A DNA stretch of 64,000 nt, from positions 50,618,506 through 50,682,505 of the forward strand of contig NC_068988.1 in NCBI RefSeq assembly GCF_001194135.2, in the 5' to 3' direction. The translations under genes were made by a program, and so were the position numbers. The notes under the pieces are model-generated. The model was not told where the DNA came from and searched no databases. It saw nothing but the letters and a program-made list of their open reading frames with translations. Below, piece after piece: positions 1-46,283 of this stretch (positions are counted from its first letter, which is position 1; each line of letters begins with the position of its first letter). The stretch is from Octopus bimaculoides. Taxonomy: Eukaryota.

Positions 1-66
1 TTATTTTGAAAATGCCAATTGAAGATAGTCTGTGTAATACTTTGTTTCTTTTTTTGTCTTTTCTAG

Positions 67-32834
<32,768 letters not shown>

Positions 32835-32947
32835 ACTGTTTACTTCTCAGCTGGCTGACCTGTTCATACATACACACACACTGGACTAGGTTGTGTGTAT
32901 GTATGTAACACTCATTTATGTGTATATATAAATATACTATATATATA

Positions 32948-33118
32948 TAGTACAAGTGGAAAGATATATTTTTTTCAATGCGTAAGTACTGATAGAACAG
33001 TATATATAGGATAAAATCCTTACAGAGCAGAAAAATCTATCAGCAACCAGCCAATCCTATATATGCCGTTCTATCAATACTTATGCATTGAAAAAAATAT
33101 ATCTTTCTACTTGTACTA
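32948..33118. repeat. Long inverted repeat (65-bp arms, 41-nt loop) in the MED23 3'UTR; MITE/foldback-like
   Basis: Arms 32948-33012 and 33054-33118 are 60/65 complementary; all 5 differences are transitions. Confidence 0.9.
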
Positions 33119-33508
33119 CAATACATTTCAGTGCTTCAAAAACAAACTTAGTTTGTTCACATATGACGTAATATATATATATATATNNNNNNNNNNNNNN
33201 NNNNNNNNNNNNNNNNNNNNNNNNNNNNNNNNNNNNNNNNNNNNNNNNNNNNNNNNNNNNNNNNNNNNNNNNNNNNNNNNNNNNNNNNNNNNNNNNNNNN
33301 NNNNNNNNNNNNNNNNNNNNNNNNNNNNNNNNNNNNNNNNNNNNNNNNNNNNNNNNNNNNNNNNNNNNNNNNNNNNNNNNNNNNNNNNNNNNTTGAACAA
33401 TGTATAATAAAGACATGAATGAACATTGTAGATATGAATATATCTTCTATCCACATTGACCCATACCATGCTTGGGTAAGTTTATTGGTACGTACGTGTG
33501 TTTTTTTT

Positions 33509-33591
<83 letters not shown>

Positions 33592-35993
33592 GTATGTGTG
33601 TGTATATATATGAAGGGTTTCTTTTTAGTTTCCACTTAGCAAATTCACTCATAAGGTGCTGCACACTAGGACTGGCTATAAAACCATCCGGTTGTACAAC
33701 AAATTTCTTAACCACACAGTCTCATATATATGTGTATGTGTGTATATATATGTATATATATTCATATATATATATATATATATATATATCTATATATATA
33801 TATATACATGCACATATGCACACACACACACATATATATATATCTGTGTTTTATGTGCATGTGTATATATCATCATCATCATCATTTAATGTTTGTTTTC
33901 CATGCTGGCATGGTTTGGATTGTTTGACAGGATCTGGCAAGCCAAAGGAATGCATTGAACTCCTATGTCAGTTTCAGCATGGTGGCTATAGCTGGATGAC
34001 CTTCCTAATGTCAACCACTTTACAGTGTGTACTGGGTGCCTTTTTTTTTTTTATACCATAGGCTCTATTGAGTTCCCCAAGTAATTTGCAAGAGAAGAAA
34101 AGAAAAGGAAAAAGACTTCTCAACTAAGTGGGGTGTATGTAGTTGAAGTGGTGGTGAGCGCTATACTAGGTATTGAGAAGCTGAAAAATGATAGAGGGAC
34201 AAGCACAACTGTCTTGCTATAGAGGAGATACATGGCTACCCTGTGTTATGTAAGTGTAGGTGGGAGTAGCTGAGAAGAAAATAAAAATGAGTGATGACGT
34301 ACTAGAACAAACTCTAAAGGCACAGGTAGGTGAGTTTAAAAGAGGGTACATGGTATAGACAGTGGATCAGTAGGGAAGGTGAAGGTGAGTAATTTCTTAA
34401 GAGTGTGAGAAGAAAGTAATAGGTGGTTAGAGATAGGGGTGGAGGTGAATGTGAGTGATGAGCAAGAGTGGAGGTAAAGTTGATTGGAAACATCAGTATG
34501 GAGATGGGGGTAGGGCAGTTAAAGTGAGGGAGGTAGAAGCAACTCTGTGCAAGGAATAAGGATGGGAAGAAAAGAGCTGCACAGTGACAAAGATGGAGGT
34601 CAGAGGTATATAATGCTGACTGTAGTGAGTGGGGTAGCAATGGGGTTGGAGTTGGGACAGCGGTCTTTGATGGCAAATACACAAGAGCATTGAAGATAAT
34701 AGCAGATATGAGAGGTGTTAAAGATGAAGTGTGGCAAGATTAAGATGGCTTGTATTCTCAGCTAACCACTTGCCAATATGAGATTTGTCACCTCCAGTAC
34801 ATAGAAGTACATCCCATTGACAAGGCTCAACAAAGCTGAAATGCATTGGGTATTCTCGTTAGCTGCTGCTAGGATGATTTTTTTCTCCAATATACTATTT
34901 TTAAATGCAGCACATCCACATGAGATGTTATCTTTGGATGAGTAACTTAGTAAATTTGCTTTTCAAAAATGTATTCACATTTAGTATGATACATAAATGA
35001 CTATTTTAATTTAATAATGCTTCTCTTGCAAATGATGGATATTTATTCAACTGGACAGCTATCAGCAACATCAGTGAACATTTTTCATTGCTTCCGATAT
35101 ATCTGATGTGACAAATCTTGTATAGGTATGTGGTTGACTGTGAGTACACATCATTGATAAGACCAGTAAGGCTGAAATGCATCTAGCATTCTTGCAAGCA
35201 ACTGCTGGGATGATTTCCATCTTCCTCTGACATATATTGTGGTTTAAATACAACACGTCCATAGGAGATGTTATCTTTGGATGAATGCTGTAATAAATTT
35301 GCGTTTCAAAAATTTATTTACATTGTGTCTGATACATCATTTAATACAACTTCTATTGTATACAATGGATATATAAATATAATATATGCATATATTTATG
35401 TATACAGTAAGTACAGGTGTGGCTGTGTGGTTAAGAAGCTTGCATCTCAACCAGATGGTTTTGGGTTCAGTCCTACTGTGTGGTACTCCCTGGGCAAATG
35501 TACTATAGCCTCAGGCTGACCAAAGCTTTGTGAGTGGATTTGGTTGAAGAAACTGTATTGTATACACACACACATATGCACGTGTGTGTGAGTGAGTGTA
35601 TAGTGTTTCTTTGTTTCAACATCACATGATAGTTGTGAAATGATTGTCACCATCTTACAAGCATTATCATTCATTTCTACACTTCTACGAGAACATGTTT
35701 GGCCATAGAGAAATATAACCTTATTTGGAAACAGGTGAGAGTTGGCATCCAACTATAGAAAATCTGCCTTAATAATTCTGTCCAGCACATGTAAGTCTGG
35801 AAAATTGAACTTTAAAAGGATAATGATCTATATGAAAATTTCTGATCTAGGAGACAAGAAATCCAAAGAGGATTTTATATGAGTTAAATATAACCGTAGA
35901 ACAAATAAAATCACTGTATATGTACACACACACTCAAGCACACACACACATGCACATCTGTCTGTCTATCTATTTATCTATCTATATCTATCA

Positions 35994-36027
<34 letters not shown>

Positions 36028-37968
36028 TTACTTAGGAGAAGCACTTGCCTTGCAGTTGATTTGTTCTGAGACCATGTGTTGAAACTATAACAGTTGCTGT
36101 GTGGAAAAAAAACATAGCCATTCTAAAACACATGAAACCTGCAGTGGAACTATGTCCGTGACCAGGTTGCAGTAAACATGATGAAAATTTTAACACCAAG
36201 TAATAAATGTTTAAGTTAACAGTTTTTGTGTGTGTTTGAATGGTTAATATGTCTTCTACATTATAATTGTCATGTATATATATAATAGTGTATAAGCAAT
36301 TTATGTATTTATACACAAAAGTGGTGACCTTTGACAGGACACCTTACATGCTAGAAAGGGCAGTTAAAGCCCAAACCATGAATAAGGGCAATTTCAAAGA
36401 GAATGAAAATAAAAAATATTTGTAGCCACCGATATGAAAATTTTTCTAAATTTTCTACCCTTATTATTTTCATGGTATATATATATATACCATAGATCTA
36501 TTACTTCCATCATAGGAATAAGATTAAGATTAATGTAATATAAAGCTGAAGCAAATTAACACCAAATATACAGTGCGTGTGTTTTTATTGGCTAAACTGG
36601 CAATATGACCATCCCCAAGTACAACAATATATATATATATACCTACATATATTTATATAATGGAGATACATCATTATTTTATGTCCATTTTCCATGCAGA
36701 CATGGAATAGGAGGATTCAACAGGATTCAGTAGGTTCCAAGTTTACGTCTTGTTGCAATGTCTCATTTTTGGCTTGATTTCTATAGTTGGATGCCCTCCC
36801 TAATACCAGCTACTTTACAGAGTATAACGGGTGCATTTTTTTTTCTTGGCACTAGCATTATAGACCTTGCATTGTAGTTTGCTAAGTGAAGAGTTCCTAT
36901 GATGGAAGTAATAGATCTATTGTGAAAGGATAGTAATGGAGAGAATATCAGAGGATACAGCATCAGGATGAGAGTAAAAGAGAATCACACACGTACATAC
37001 ACATACATTCATATGCACACCAACTCCTCTCTACCAAATATTTTGGCTTTGTGTCTAAGGAATTCTTAGGGGTAACAGGTTGCCGGAATGGTTAGAGTAG
37101 CAGAAAAAAAATGTTTTGCTGCCTTAATTCTGCATTGTTACCTTCTGAGTTCAAATCCTGCCAAGTTCAAATTTTCCTGTCATCTTTTCAAAGTTCATCA
37201 AATATAGTATCATTCAAGTACTGAGGTTGACGTAATCAACTAGCCTCCTCCTTTGAAAATTGCTAGTCTTGGGCCTAAATGAGAAACAGTTATTATTGTA
37301 ATTATTAGCAAGAAGCAAGCTGCTGACAGTTGAGTATACAGCTTGGTTATGATTTCTGGTGTCGTCCCCTTTCTCTTCATTAACACATAAAATAAGTTTA
37401 AGCCTCATTCCAATTAAAAAAAGGAAAACATTTTATTTTATAAGTGTCTGATAGCAGATTTTTAACTGCAACACGACATCTTTTGGCCTCCAGCATAGTT
37501 CATCATCATCATCATTGTCATCATTGTTGTCATCATCATCATGGTTTTATTTTAGTTACTATTCATTTGTTTCTCTATTTCACTTGTCATCCATTTTTGT
37601 TTTTTTTTTGGTGGGGGAGGATGTCTGAAGGAAAAATGTATATTATGATGGTAATAATAAGTACATAATAATAATGTATAATTCTTAAAAATATAAATCT
37701 TTTTTGTTTGTTTTTCTTTTTAGTTGATAGCTTTTGTGTTATTTTAAGTTGTTCATCCTTTGATGTGTGTTAACTAATAAATATCAAAACATAGCAATGA
37801 TGCTCCATTTGCAGAAATGTCAAAATAAAATATTTCAGGTGAGAGCAGCCGAACATCACAACCCAAGAAATATACATCGAATAAATGAAGCTTACCACCA
37901 CTCACAACAACAAATATAACCATTCATACTATAGCCACCAATAATCCTACATATACTACCTGATAAAA

Positions 37969-39284
37969 TACAGGGTTGGCATGGTTAGAATGCCTTTGCT
38001 GGGCTCCTTAGAGGAATTTTGATAAATTCTTTAAATAAAAACCTATTTTAGTCCTTTCAGCAATGATGACAGAGAAAAGTTGCTCTTCACTTGCTGCTCA
38101 AAATGCACCATAAATGTTTGATTACTACACTCTATGAGTGGTTGGCGTTAGGAAGGGCATCCAGCTGTAGAAACTCTGCCAAATTAGATTGGAGCCTGGT
38201 GTTGCCATCCGGTTTCACCAGTCCTCAGTCAAATCGTCCAACCCATGCTAGCATGGAAAGCGGACGTTAAACGATGATGATGAGATCTGGTGATTGTGGA
38301 GGCTAGTGCAAGTAGTTTAATTCCCTTTTGTGTTCTTCGTATAAATTTTGAATAACATTAACTGTGTGAATCGGTGCATTATCATCCTGGAAGATTATGC
38401 TATCATAAAGGCATGATATATCATAGAATGGACATGATCATCAAAAATACTCAGATTAGTCTTAGTGTTATTTCTACCATGGTAGAACAATTGAAGGACA
38501 GAGAATTTTGTGGTATGGTTACCCAAAATCATAACAAAACTGCATTTCATGGTACGAGCCACATAGTCAAGATTCAAGGCTTCTTTGGGCTGTCTTCAGA
38601 CATGAACTCACTCTGAAATGGGGAAAAACTGAATGATGATTCATCAGAGATGACATCAACTAAGCCATTGACCATTTCTAATTGTCTAAACACCATTTTT
38701 CCTGCTTATCAATGTTGATGGGTGGGGGTTGGGACATAAGGGGTTAGCAGTTTTAGCCCTCCCAGTGTATCAAGCTTTACAGAACTCACAACTAAAATGT
38801 TTGGTTGATACATGGTGGTCAAGTTGGTGGTTTAGCTCTATCATCACTTTTCTTGCCAAAACTCAATGGTTTTTAGTTACAATATGTTTCACTATTTTGT
38901 GATCCCTTTCTTTGAGCTTTGCCTTCTGTCCAGAATTATGCTTACCAGAGCTAGTTTTACCTTAGTTTTTGAATGCCACCATGTCTTCAGAGACTTACTT
39001 TTTAAAACATTAAACAATTTAGCAGTTTAAGTAACTGAAGCCCATCTGCAAACCCAACGAGTTGTCCTCTTTGGAAATCAGATAGGTCACACATTTCAAC
39101 TTGATTAAATTTTAAAATCTGCACCCTGCCACACACAACAAACAACAGAGGCTATATTATGAAGTACAAAGCAGAATGCATACATATACAGACTAGAACA
39201 ATATTGAATTTGGCAAATTGCCACTAGAAAAAAAAACAATTAAATAAAAAGTGGTTTTTCCATTATTTCGCCCAACCCCTATAT
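37969..39284 (-). mobile_element. Decayed Tc1-family DNA transposon interrupted by a SINE
   Basis: Minus-strand ISDESSF, IFQDDNAPIHT, PPQSPD..IKHLW motifs; imperfect termini tacagggttggc / cgcccaacccctata. Confidence 0.78.
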
Positions 39285-40439
39285 ATGTATATATATAGGG
39301 GTTCCAGACTGGTAGTGCAAACTCTAAGTGTAGACATACCATAGTCATACATGGTTTTAAATATTTAAATAGATAGCAGGAGAGCGGCTGACAAAGGTCT
39401 TACTGAGTGACGCTTAGACACCCTCAGCCTTTTGGACAATCTTAGAGATGTGGTTTGTCCAACACAGATTGCTGTTTAAAATTGAAAAAAAAAAGGCAAC
39501 CTCAGCATAAACAACAAAAACGTTATTATCGTCATCATCCCACTTTTGTCAATAATCTTCTATTGTAAGGTATTTAAAACTATTTACATTTTTTATTATC
39601 TTACTACAATGATGCTGAGAGGATATCAAAAGAACAAAACATTAACAGCAATAGTATTTAAAAATAGCCACCATGAAAGCAACTAGTCAGAGACCTCTAC
39701 CACCACCACCATTACTACTGCTACTACTGAGAAAATTTGCAGAATTCTCATGCGATTTTCATGAAATAATCATATTTGTTTTGTTTTATAGACATACAAA
39801 TATCGTGGCATTAGGTCGCAGTTTACAATGTTGATAAGTCTCAACAACAACAATTGATACTTTATCCTTTGTAATATATCGCATCTGTGGCAAAGCCTTT
39901 GACCTCCGTATGACCGAGTCTTGCTCTTGTTTAGTCCCCGGATCAAGCCTGATTAGGTACACCTACCAATGTACAACTTTGAACATATATTTAGAAAGAA
40001 CAAAGTATATATAATAAAGGGGAGGGGAATTTCATTCGAGTATACGTTACAATTTAGTAAGCATGAAAAATCTAATTAAAAGTAATTACGCAATGAAAAA
40101 AGGGTACGATTAATACTATTTTAATTATGCCGGTGAATACGGAGGACAACTCTGGATAAATTCCGATTTTATTTGACCGACCAAGAGAAGAATAAACTTC
40201 CCGTGCCAGTCGAAGTAATGATGAGAGAATCGTTACGTAGATATAGATTATTGCTCACATGTAGCCATGAAAATGAACGCAGACGTGGTTGTGTAGTAAG
40301 AAGCTAGCTTCCCAACCACATGGTTCCGGGTTCATTCCCACTGTGGCATCTTGGGCAAGTGTCTTCTACTATAGCTTCGAGCTGACCAAAACCTTGTGAG
40401 TGGAATTGATAGACGGAAACTTAAAAGAAGTCCGTCGTG

Positions 40440-40477
<38 letters not shown>

Positions 40478-40480
<3 letters not shown>

Positions 40481-41640
40481 TGACCCAACTTTTCGTCGGA
40501 TGTCACTTTGTCCAACGTCGTTTCGTCCACATGTCTTGGTCCGATGATCTTTTTGTCCAACGACTTTTTGCCCAATTTTAAATAAACTCTTTAGAAAACA
40601 AGGTGAACATCAAAATCAAATAATCATTGAGAATTTTATTGATATGCTTCAAGTAAAATACTGTGGAAAAATGTATTGAAAAAAAGTAATTTAAAAAAAA
40701 TACGATATAACTAATGGTTTATTATGATCACTTAANNNNNNNNNNNNNNNNNNNNNNNNNNNNNNNNNNNNNNNNNNNNNNNNNNNNNNNNNNNNNNNNN
40801 NNNNNNNNNNNNNNNNNNNNNNNNNNNNNNNNNNNNNNNNNNNNNNNNNNNNNNNNNNNNNNNNNNNNNNNNNNNNNNNNNNNNNNNNNNNNNNNNNNNN
40901 NNNNNNNNCCCCGCAGCATTATTTATTTCGGGAAGATCTTGAAAAATACGCTGATTAACATTCCATACAGCTATCGGGAATGTAGGTGGTTCTTTCCTTC
41001 GTCCAACACCACGTCCTCTCACAACGCCTATGTAAGTCAAGTCGAAGTAAGAGATGAATTCAGCAGGTATTTCTTCGTCGTCTATTAATTTTTCGACATC
41101 TTCAACGGGTAGGAAAGCTAATGCTGAGAAACATCGAATTTTAAGAGAGAATTCAGTCTTTATTGTATTTTTCTTTGAGGCTTAAATCTGTAACTTTTCG
41201 AAATATGAAATGAAACAAACATGCCATGATAGATGAATTAAGGAATGATGAATTAAATGCCTTATGAACTACAACTTTGAAATCTGCCATGAGATCAGGC
41301 GGATATGCATCAGGTTGCATAATTTTCAATTGCTCGAAAAATAATTCGTATGTCTACTTTGATTTGTTCGGCAGTAATATAAAGACCTGTGGAGAACTGT
41401 TACCTTTAACTTGTACATGCATGCTAAACAGTTGAAACCACTGATCTGGCACAATTTTGAACGTTCCATCACACGCCTAATGTCAATATGATGCTATATC
41501 CTGAAGAGAAATTTCTGATGCAAATACTAGTATGCGCTGTTGATCATCGATACCTGAATCGTATCTCAGAAACTGTTAGCCATTATCAAGTTTACAATAT
41601 TCTTCAGGTATTTCAAAACCAGTTCTATCTCTTGGATTAG
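40478..41640 (-). mobile_element. Mutator-like (MULE) transposase remnant
   Basis: Minus-strand ACDGTFKIVP, LMADF, ACLFH, FSALAFLPVEDV, YFDLTYIG...VWNV motifs; contains an N gap. Confidence 0.8.
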
Positions 41641-41689
41641 TAGATTAAAAGTAGATAATAATAATAATAATAATAATGATGATGATGAT

Positions 41690-42780
41690 AATATTAGCTG
41701 CACAACTCAACACCTTGTTAAATGTCGACCAAGTAACACCAGAGTGGTTGACAATGGGTAGGACAGTGCTGTGCTTGAAAAACATCGAAAAAGGCAATAC
41801 GGTAGACAATTACGGGCCGATATCCTGCTTGCCACTTATGTGGAAATTATTGACTGAAATAGTCGCAGAGTCAATGTACGGACATCTGGGAAAAAAATGG
41901 AGGCCTGCCACATGAGCAGAAGGGTTGCAAGCGTAAGTGCAGAGGTACCAAGGGTCAACTCCTAGTAGACAAAACTATACTTAGAGACTGCATGAGGAGG
42001 AAAACTAACTTAGCCATGTTATGGATCGATTATCGTAAGGCGTACGATATGATCCCACATTCTTGGATTATGGAATGTATGAACCTATTTGGTATTCCAT
42101 CGAATGTTGAGCGATTGCTTGGGAAAAGTATGGCGAAGTGGAGGACAGAACTGACAGCATATAGAAGTTTAGGGACAATAGGAATCAGGAGAGGCATCTT
42201 CCAAGGGGACTGCCTGTCCCCACTGATCTTTGTACTGTGCAAGATACCACTAACATTGATTCTACGGAAAGCAAAAGCTGGGTATGTATTCAAGAGCCGC
42301 CAACAAAAAGTCAACCACTTGTTATTCATGGATGACCTCAAACTTTATGGTAATGAATTTCAAGTCAGCTCCATCGTTGATGCGGTGTATACTTTCAGTG
42401 CTGATATCAGAATGGAGTTCGGACTGAAAAAGTGAGGTGGACGGGCTAGCGATACCGCCGGGGGAAGTTATGAAGCAGATGGAAGAGACGGGCTACAAGT
42501 ACTTGGAGATACTGGAAATAATAAATTGACGGAGAAAGAAATGACAGAAAAATTTAAGGTGGAGTACTTGCGCAGACTGAGACTGATCCTTAAGTCAAAA
42601 TTAAACGGACGGAATAAGATTGAAGCTGTCCACACCTGGGTGGTTTCCCTCATTAGATATGGAGTAGGGGTGATCGCATGGACAGTAGATGAACTAAACA
42701 GCTTAGACAGAGAAACAAGGAAGTTGCTGACTAGATATGGGATACTCTACCCAAAAAGTGACATAGACAGACTGATTGGA
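41690..42780 (+). mobile_element. Non-LTR retrotransposon RT fragment, R4/Dong-like (R2 superfamily), frameshifted
   Basis: [41 protein letters not shown] motifs. Confidence 0.85.
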
Positions 42781-42950
42781 TGCGGATACAACATTAGAAC
42801 AGAAGAATAGAACATAGCATAGAGTTGCAAAACACATTTCCTAGAAGCACGTAGCGATATTTGTAATTGTTGAAAAACATCAGTATCTCCGGTATCTGAA
42901 TGTTCCTGGCGGTTCTTTGCATGATGTGGGTATAATCCCTTCCTCTAGAC

Positions 42951-43305
42951 CAGTGATTCTTAACCGGAATCCATATGGCCCCTGAGGCTCCATATAAGAA
43001 TTTTGATGGGGTCCACGCAACAAAATAATAAATTGAAGTTCCACCATAGCATTTTAGAGCCCTTGAAAAAAACAAAATTTTTTTTCAGATGTATGGAGTG
43101 GTATATATTGCAAGAAACAGCTAAATTTTTTCTGTAGCATTTTACAATGTTCAACCTAAAGAAGTTAATGACTGAAAAGCAAAATAGGAATTTTGAAAGA
43201 AGTTTCTATAAAACCAGTTTTTAAACCTTGAACAGCTATGGGGGTCTAACAGAATAAAATTGTAATCAAAGGGGTCCCGAGATAAAAAATGGTTGAGAAC
43301 CCCTG
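42951..43305. mobile_element. hAT-type MITE
   Basis: TIR cagtgattcttaacc…ggttgagaacccctg; TSD ctctagac/ctctcgac. Confidence 0.78.
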
Positions 43306-43604
43306 CTCTCGACTAAACAATTTTAAAATGCGCTTTGATCACGGATACACGGTTGATTTGGTGATGAAGAGACATGAATTTCCTAAAATAGACAACACAA
43401 TAGTAACCATATTTGCGTAGTAAACTTAATCCATCGGTTTATAAATATTCGAAGTATATACTGCTTATGCATGTACATGCATGTATAAACACACATTTCC
43501 CCACTTGTACAAACGACAATAGTGGCAACAAATGTTGCTATAGTGAAGTTCTTAATTCTTCAGATGCTATTGAGGCAAAATTGGTCAAGCGGGACAAAGC
43601 TTCG

Positions 43605-43613
43605 TATATAAGG
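43605..43613 (+). promoter_or_regulatory. Candidate TATA box (TATATAAGG)
   Basis: Sequence match only, positioned upstream of the candidate first exon. Confidence 0.3.
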
Positions 43614-43636
43614 GTCATGTTCATTCTTATTTATAG

Positions 43637-43692
43637 ACAAAACACTCACAAGTCTTGATCTGTATACAGACGAACTCACCGTTTGCTGGAAA
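43637..43692 (+). other. Candidate non-coding first exon of the peptide gene
   Basis: No ATG; strong donor AA|GTAAGT at 43693; lies ~30 nt downstream of a TATA-like box. Confidence 0.35.
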
Positions 43693-44108
43693 GTAAGTTT
43701 TCTTCCTTTAATAATGGGAGATTCTGTTTCCTATTTGTTTTTACTTCTTGTATTTTGCTTCTGATACGTTAATATATATATAACCATAAAGATATGCTGT
43801 GTGACATTCTAAAATAAAAGGAAATAAATTTTTAGGATATACCAGTCTCCATATTCCCTATAGTTATATTTAGTGCTAATAATATACACTCCAGATAATA
43901 TTACCATCCAATGGAGCGAACACGAAATTACCCATCGGAAGAATTTACTGCTTGAGTGACAACTTCTAGTAGTCATACACTTTAAATATTAATCGATGCG
44001 GTTATCGGCAACCTGGAACATAACTGAGAGCTACCACAGTATCTGCCCGGATTATATATCCCTCTAAACTCACACACACACATGTATGTATGTAACTCTC
44101 TCTCAATC

Positions 44109-44150
<42 letters not shown>

Positions 44151-44421
44151 TGCGTATGTATATATATATATATATATATTTATAAAAGAACGTTGACCAC
44201 TAACGTGGACAATTAATGTGCTAGAAATAGATCACATCTTGTGTCTATTAAGACCTAAATTGTTCTCAACATGAAATATAGCAGCATACCAAAACGTGAG
44301 CGGGCAAGACATTTAAAATCACCTAAAAAAGCATTCTTAAACAGGTACCGGTTTCGGATTTAACAAATCTTACCGATTGTCCATTCCTCTTCAGCCTGAT
44401 TTGTAATGTAACCGCAATTTT

Positions 44422-44824
44422 NNNNNNNNNNNNNNNNNNNNNNNNNNNNNNNNNNNNNNNNNNNNNNNNNNNNNNNNNNNNNNNNNNNNNNNNNNNNNNN
44501 NNNNNNNNNNNNNNNNNNNNNNNNNNNNNNNNNNNNNNNNNNNNNNNNNNNNNNNNNNNNNNNNNNNNNNNNNNNNNNNNNNNNNNNNNNNNNNNNNNNN
44601 NNNNNNNNNNNNNNNNNNNNNNNNNNNNNNNNNNNNNNNNNNNNNNNNNNNNNNNNNNNNNNNNNNNNNNNNNNNNNNNNNNNNNNNNNNNNNNNNNNNN
44701 NNNNNNNNNNNNNNNNNNNNNNNNNNNNNNNNNNNNNNNNNNNNNNNNNNNNNNNNNNNNNNNNNNNNNNNNNNNNNNNNNNNNNNNNNNNNNNNNNNNN
44801 NNNNNNNNNNNNNNNNNNNNNNNN
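44422..44824. other. Assembly gap (largest; others at ~26190, 33187-33392, 40736-40908, 45765-45864, 47996-48095)
   Basis: Runs of N. Confidence 0.99.
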
Positions 44825-45731
44825 TATACGAGGTGGTATCAAAACGTTACCGGACTAGTAGCGCGCCAACAGATGGCAGCAAACGGTTGTTTGCGCAGAG
44901 AGAGATAGCAAAGACTTTCATGAGGCAGTGTGCCGTGTGACATTGCTGTGTTTACTTCGCTAGTTGTGAAGTTTGTGTTTTTGTGATCACGTGTGTGCTG
45001 TAGCCAGCGATTTTGTCATGGGCAGGATGTTGGAACAAAGAGCCAACGTGAAATTTTGCGTTAAACGTGGGAAGTCTGCTACGGAGACATTGAGCATGCT
45101 TCGGTAAGCTTACGGAGACGAAGCAATGAGTCGTACGCAATGTTTCGAGTGGCTAGGGCACTTCAAAAGCAGAAGAACGTCCCTGCAAGACATGCCACGA
45201 GCGTCATCCCCGGAAATGTGATATTGTGTATTGAGAATTCGTCTCCCAGGGTCAGACAGTCAATCGAGAATTCTACCGCGATGTTTTTAAGCGTTTGAAG
45301 GAGGATATTCTATGAAAGCGACCGGATTTGTGGAGCGCGAAGAATTGGATTTCTCACAATGACAATGTACCCTGTCGCCGTGCTCTCCTCATACGTGAGT
45401 TTCTCGCCAAAAACAGCATGATATCGCTTCCATACCCGCCCTATTCGCCAGATTTAGCAACTGCAGACTTCCATCTCTTCCTCACGATGAAAATGTAGCT
45501 CAAAGGTCTCCGTATTAACACCGTTGTCGAGATCCAGAGCGAATTATAGAAGGTCCTCGACTCACTGACGGAAAACGACTTCCAGTTCGGATTCCGAAAA
45601 TGGCACGAATGATGGGACTGGTGTATGGCTGCGCAAGGTAATCATTTCGAAGGAGATGATGTTAAAACTTAGGTAAATAAGTTTTTTTTTTTATTGAACA
45701 TAACTAGTACGGAAATCTTTTGATGACACCT

Positions 45732-45737
<6 letters not shown>
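44825..45737 (+). mobile_element. Internally deleted mariner transposon with TIRs and TA ends
   Basis: TIRs tatacgaggtggtatcaaaacgttaccggactagt / actagtacggaaatcttttgatgacaccttgtata; EQRANVKFCVK, PYPPYSPDLATADFHLF, GNHFEGD with stops. Confidence 0.9.
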
Positions 45738-45764
<27 letters not shown>

Positions 45765-46283
45765 NNNNNNNNNNNNNNNNNNNNNNNNNNNNNNNNNNNN
45801 NNNNNNNNNNNNNNNNNNNNNNNNNNNNNNNNNNNNNNNNNNNNNNNNNNNNNNNNNNNNNNNNGACTTGTATACCGGAATATATGGTAATTCTTCAATG
45901 AAGAATAATCTTTCCATATACCTTATGGCTGTCGCATTGTTATTGAGTAAAGCCACCCTTTTGCTCCCCATCTTGCCTTATTTCAAAGAAGTTATGCCTT
46001 CTTCCCACGGGTTTTCATGATGGCAAAGTCATACACCTGTATGGCAGGCTAAACTCATTCCTAGTTAGCCTACGGCTCTTCTTTTGAAGATGTAGCCGCA
46101 CGTGCAACTTGACTATTACGACTGACTCTGCTTAAACTACACCTTAGAGTGCCCTCAGAAACGAAGAAACTACAAAAAAATGCAGGCTGATCAAAGTCTA
46201 AAAACACTATAGATTTCAAGTTGGATTATCTTTCCCTCATGCACATTTACACGCACACATACACACACATATATATACATGTA

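Noticed and set aside
36049-36096. Isolated minus-strand exon-like 48-mer with a strong acceptor and AAG|GCAAGT donor
   Set aside because: No partner exons or recognisable protein; such matches occur by chance.
43714-43764. Hydrophobic mini-ORF MGDSVSYLFLLLVFCF*
   Set aside because: Stops before any donor; simply T-rich intron sequence.
45898-45946. MKNNLSIYLMAVALLL with a phase-1 GTAAAG donor just upstream of microexon A
   Set aside because: Right phase and position, but the donor is weak, there is no acceptor or clear cleavage site, and the opposite strand resembles mariner transposase (VALLNNNA). Kept only as a fallback candidate for the start exon.
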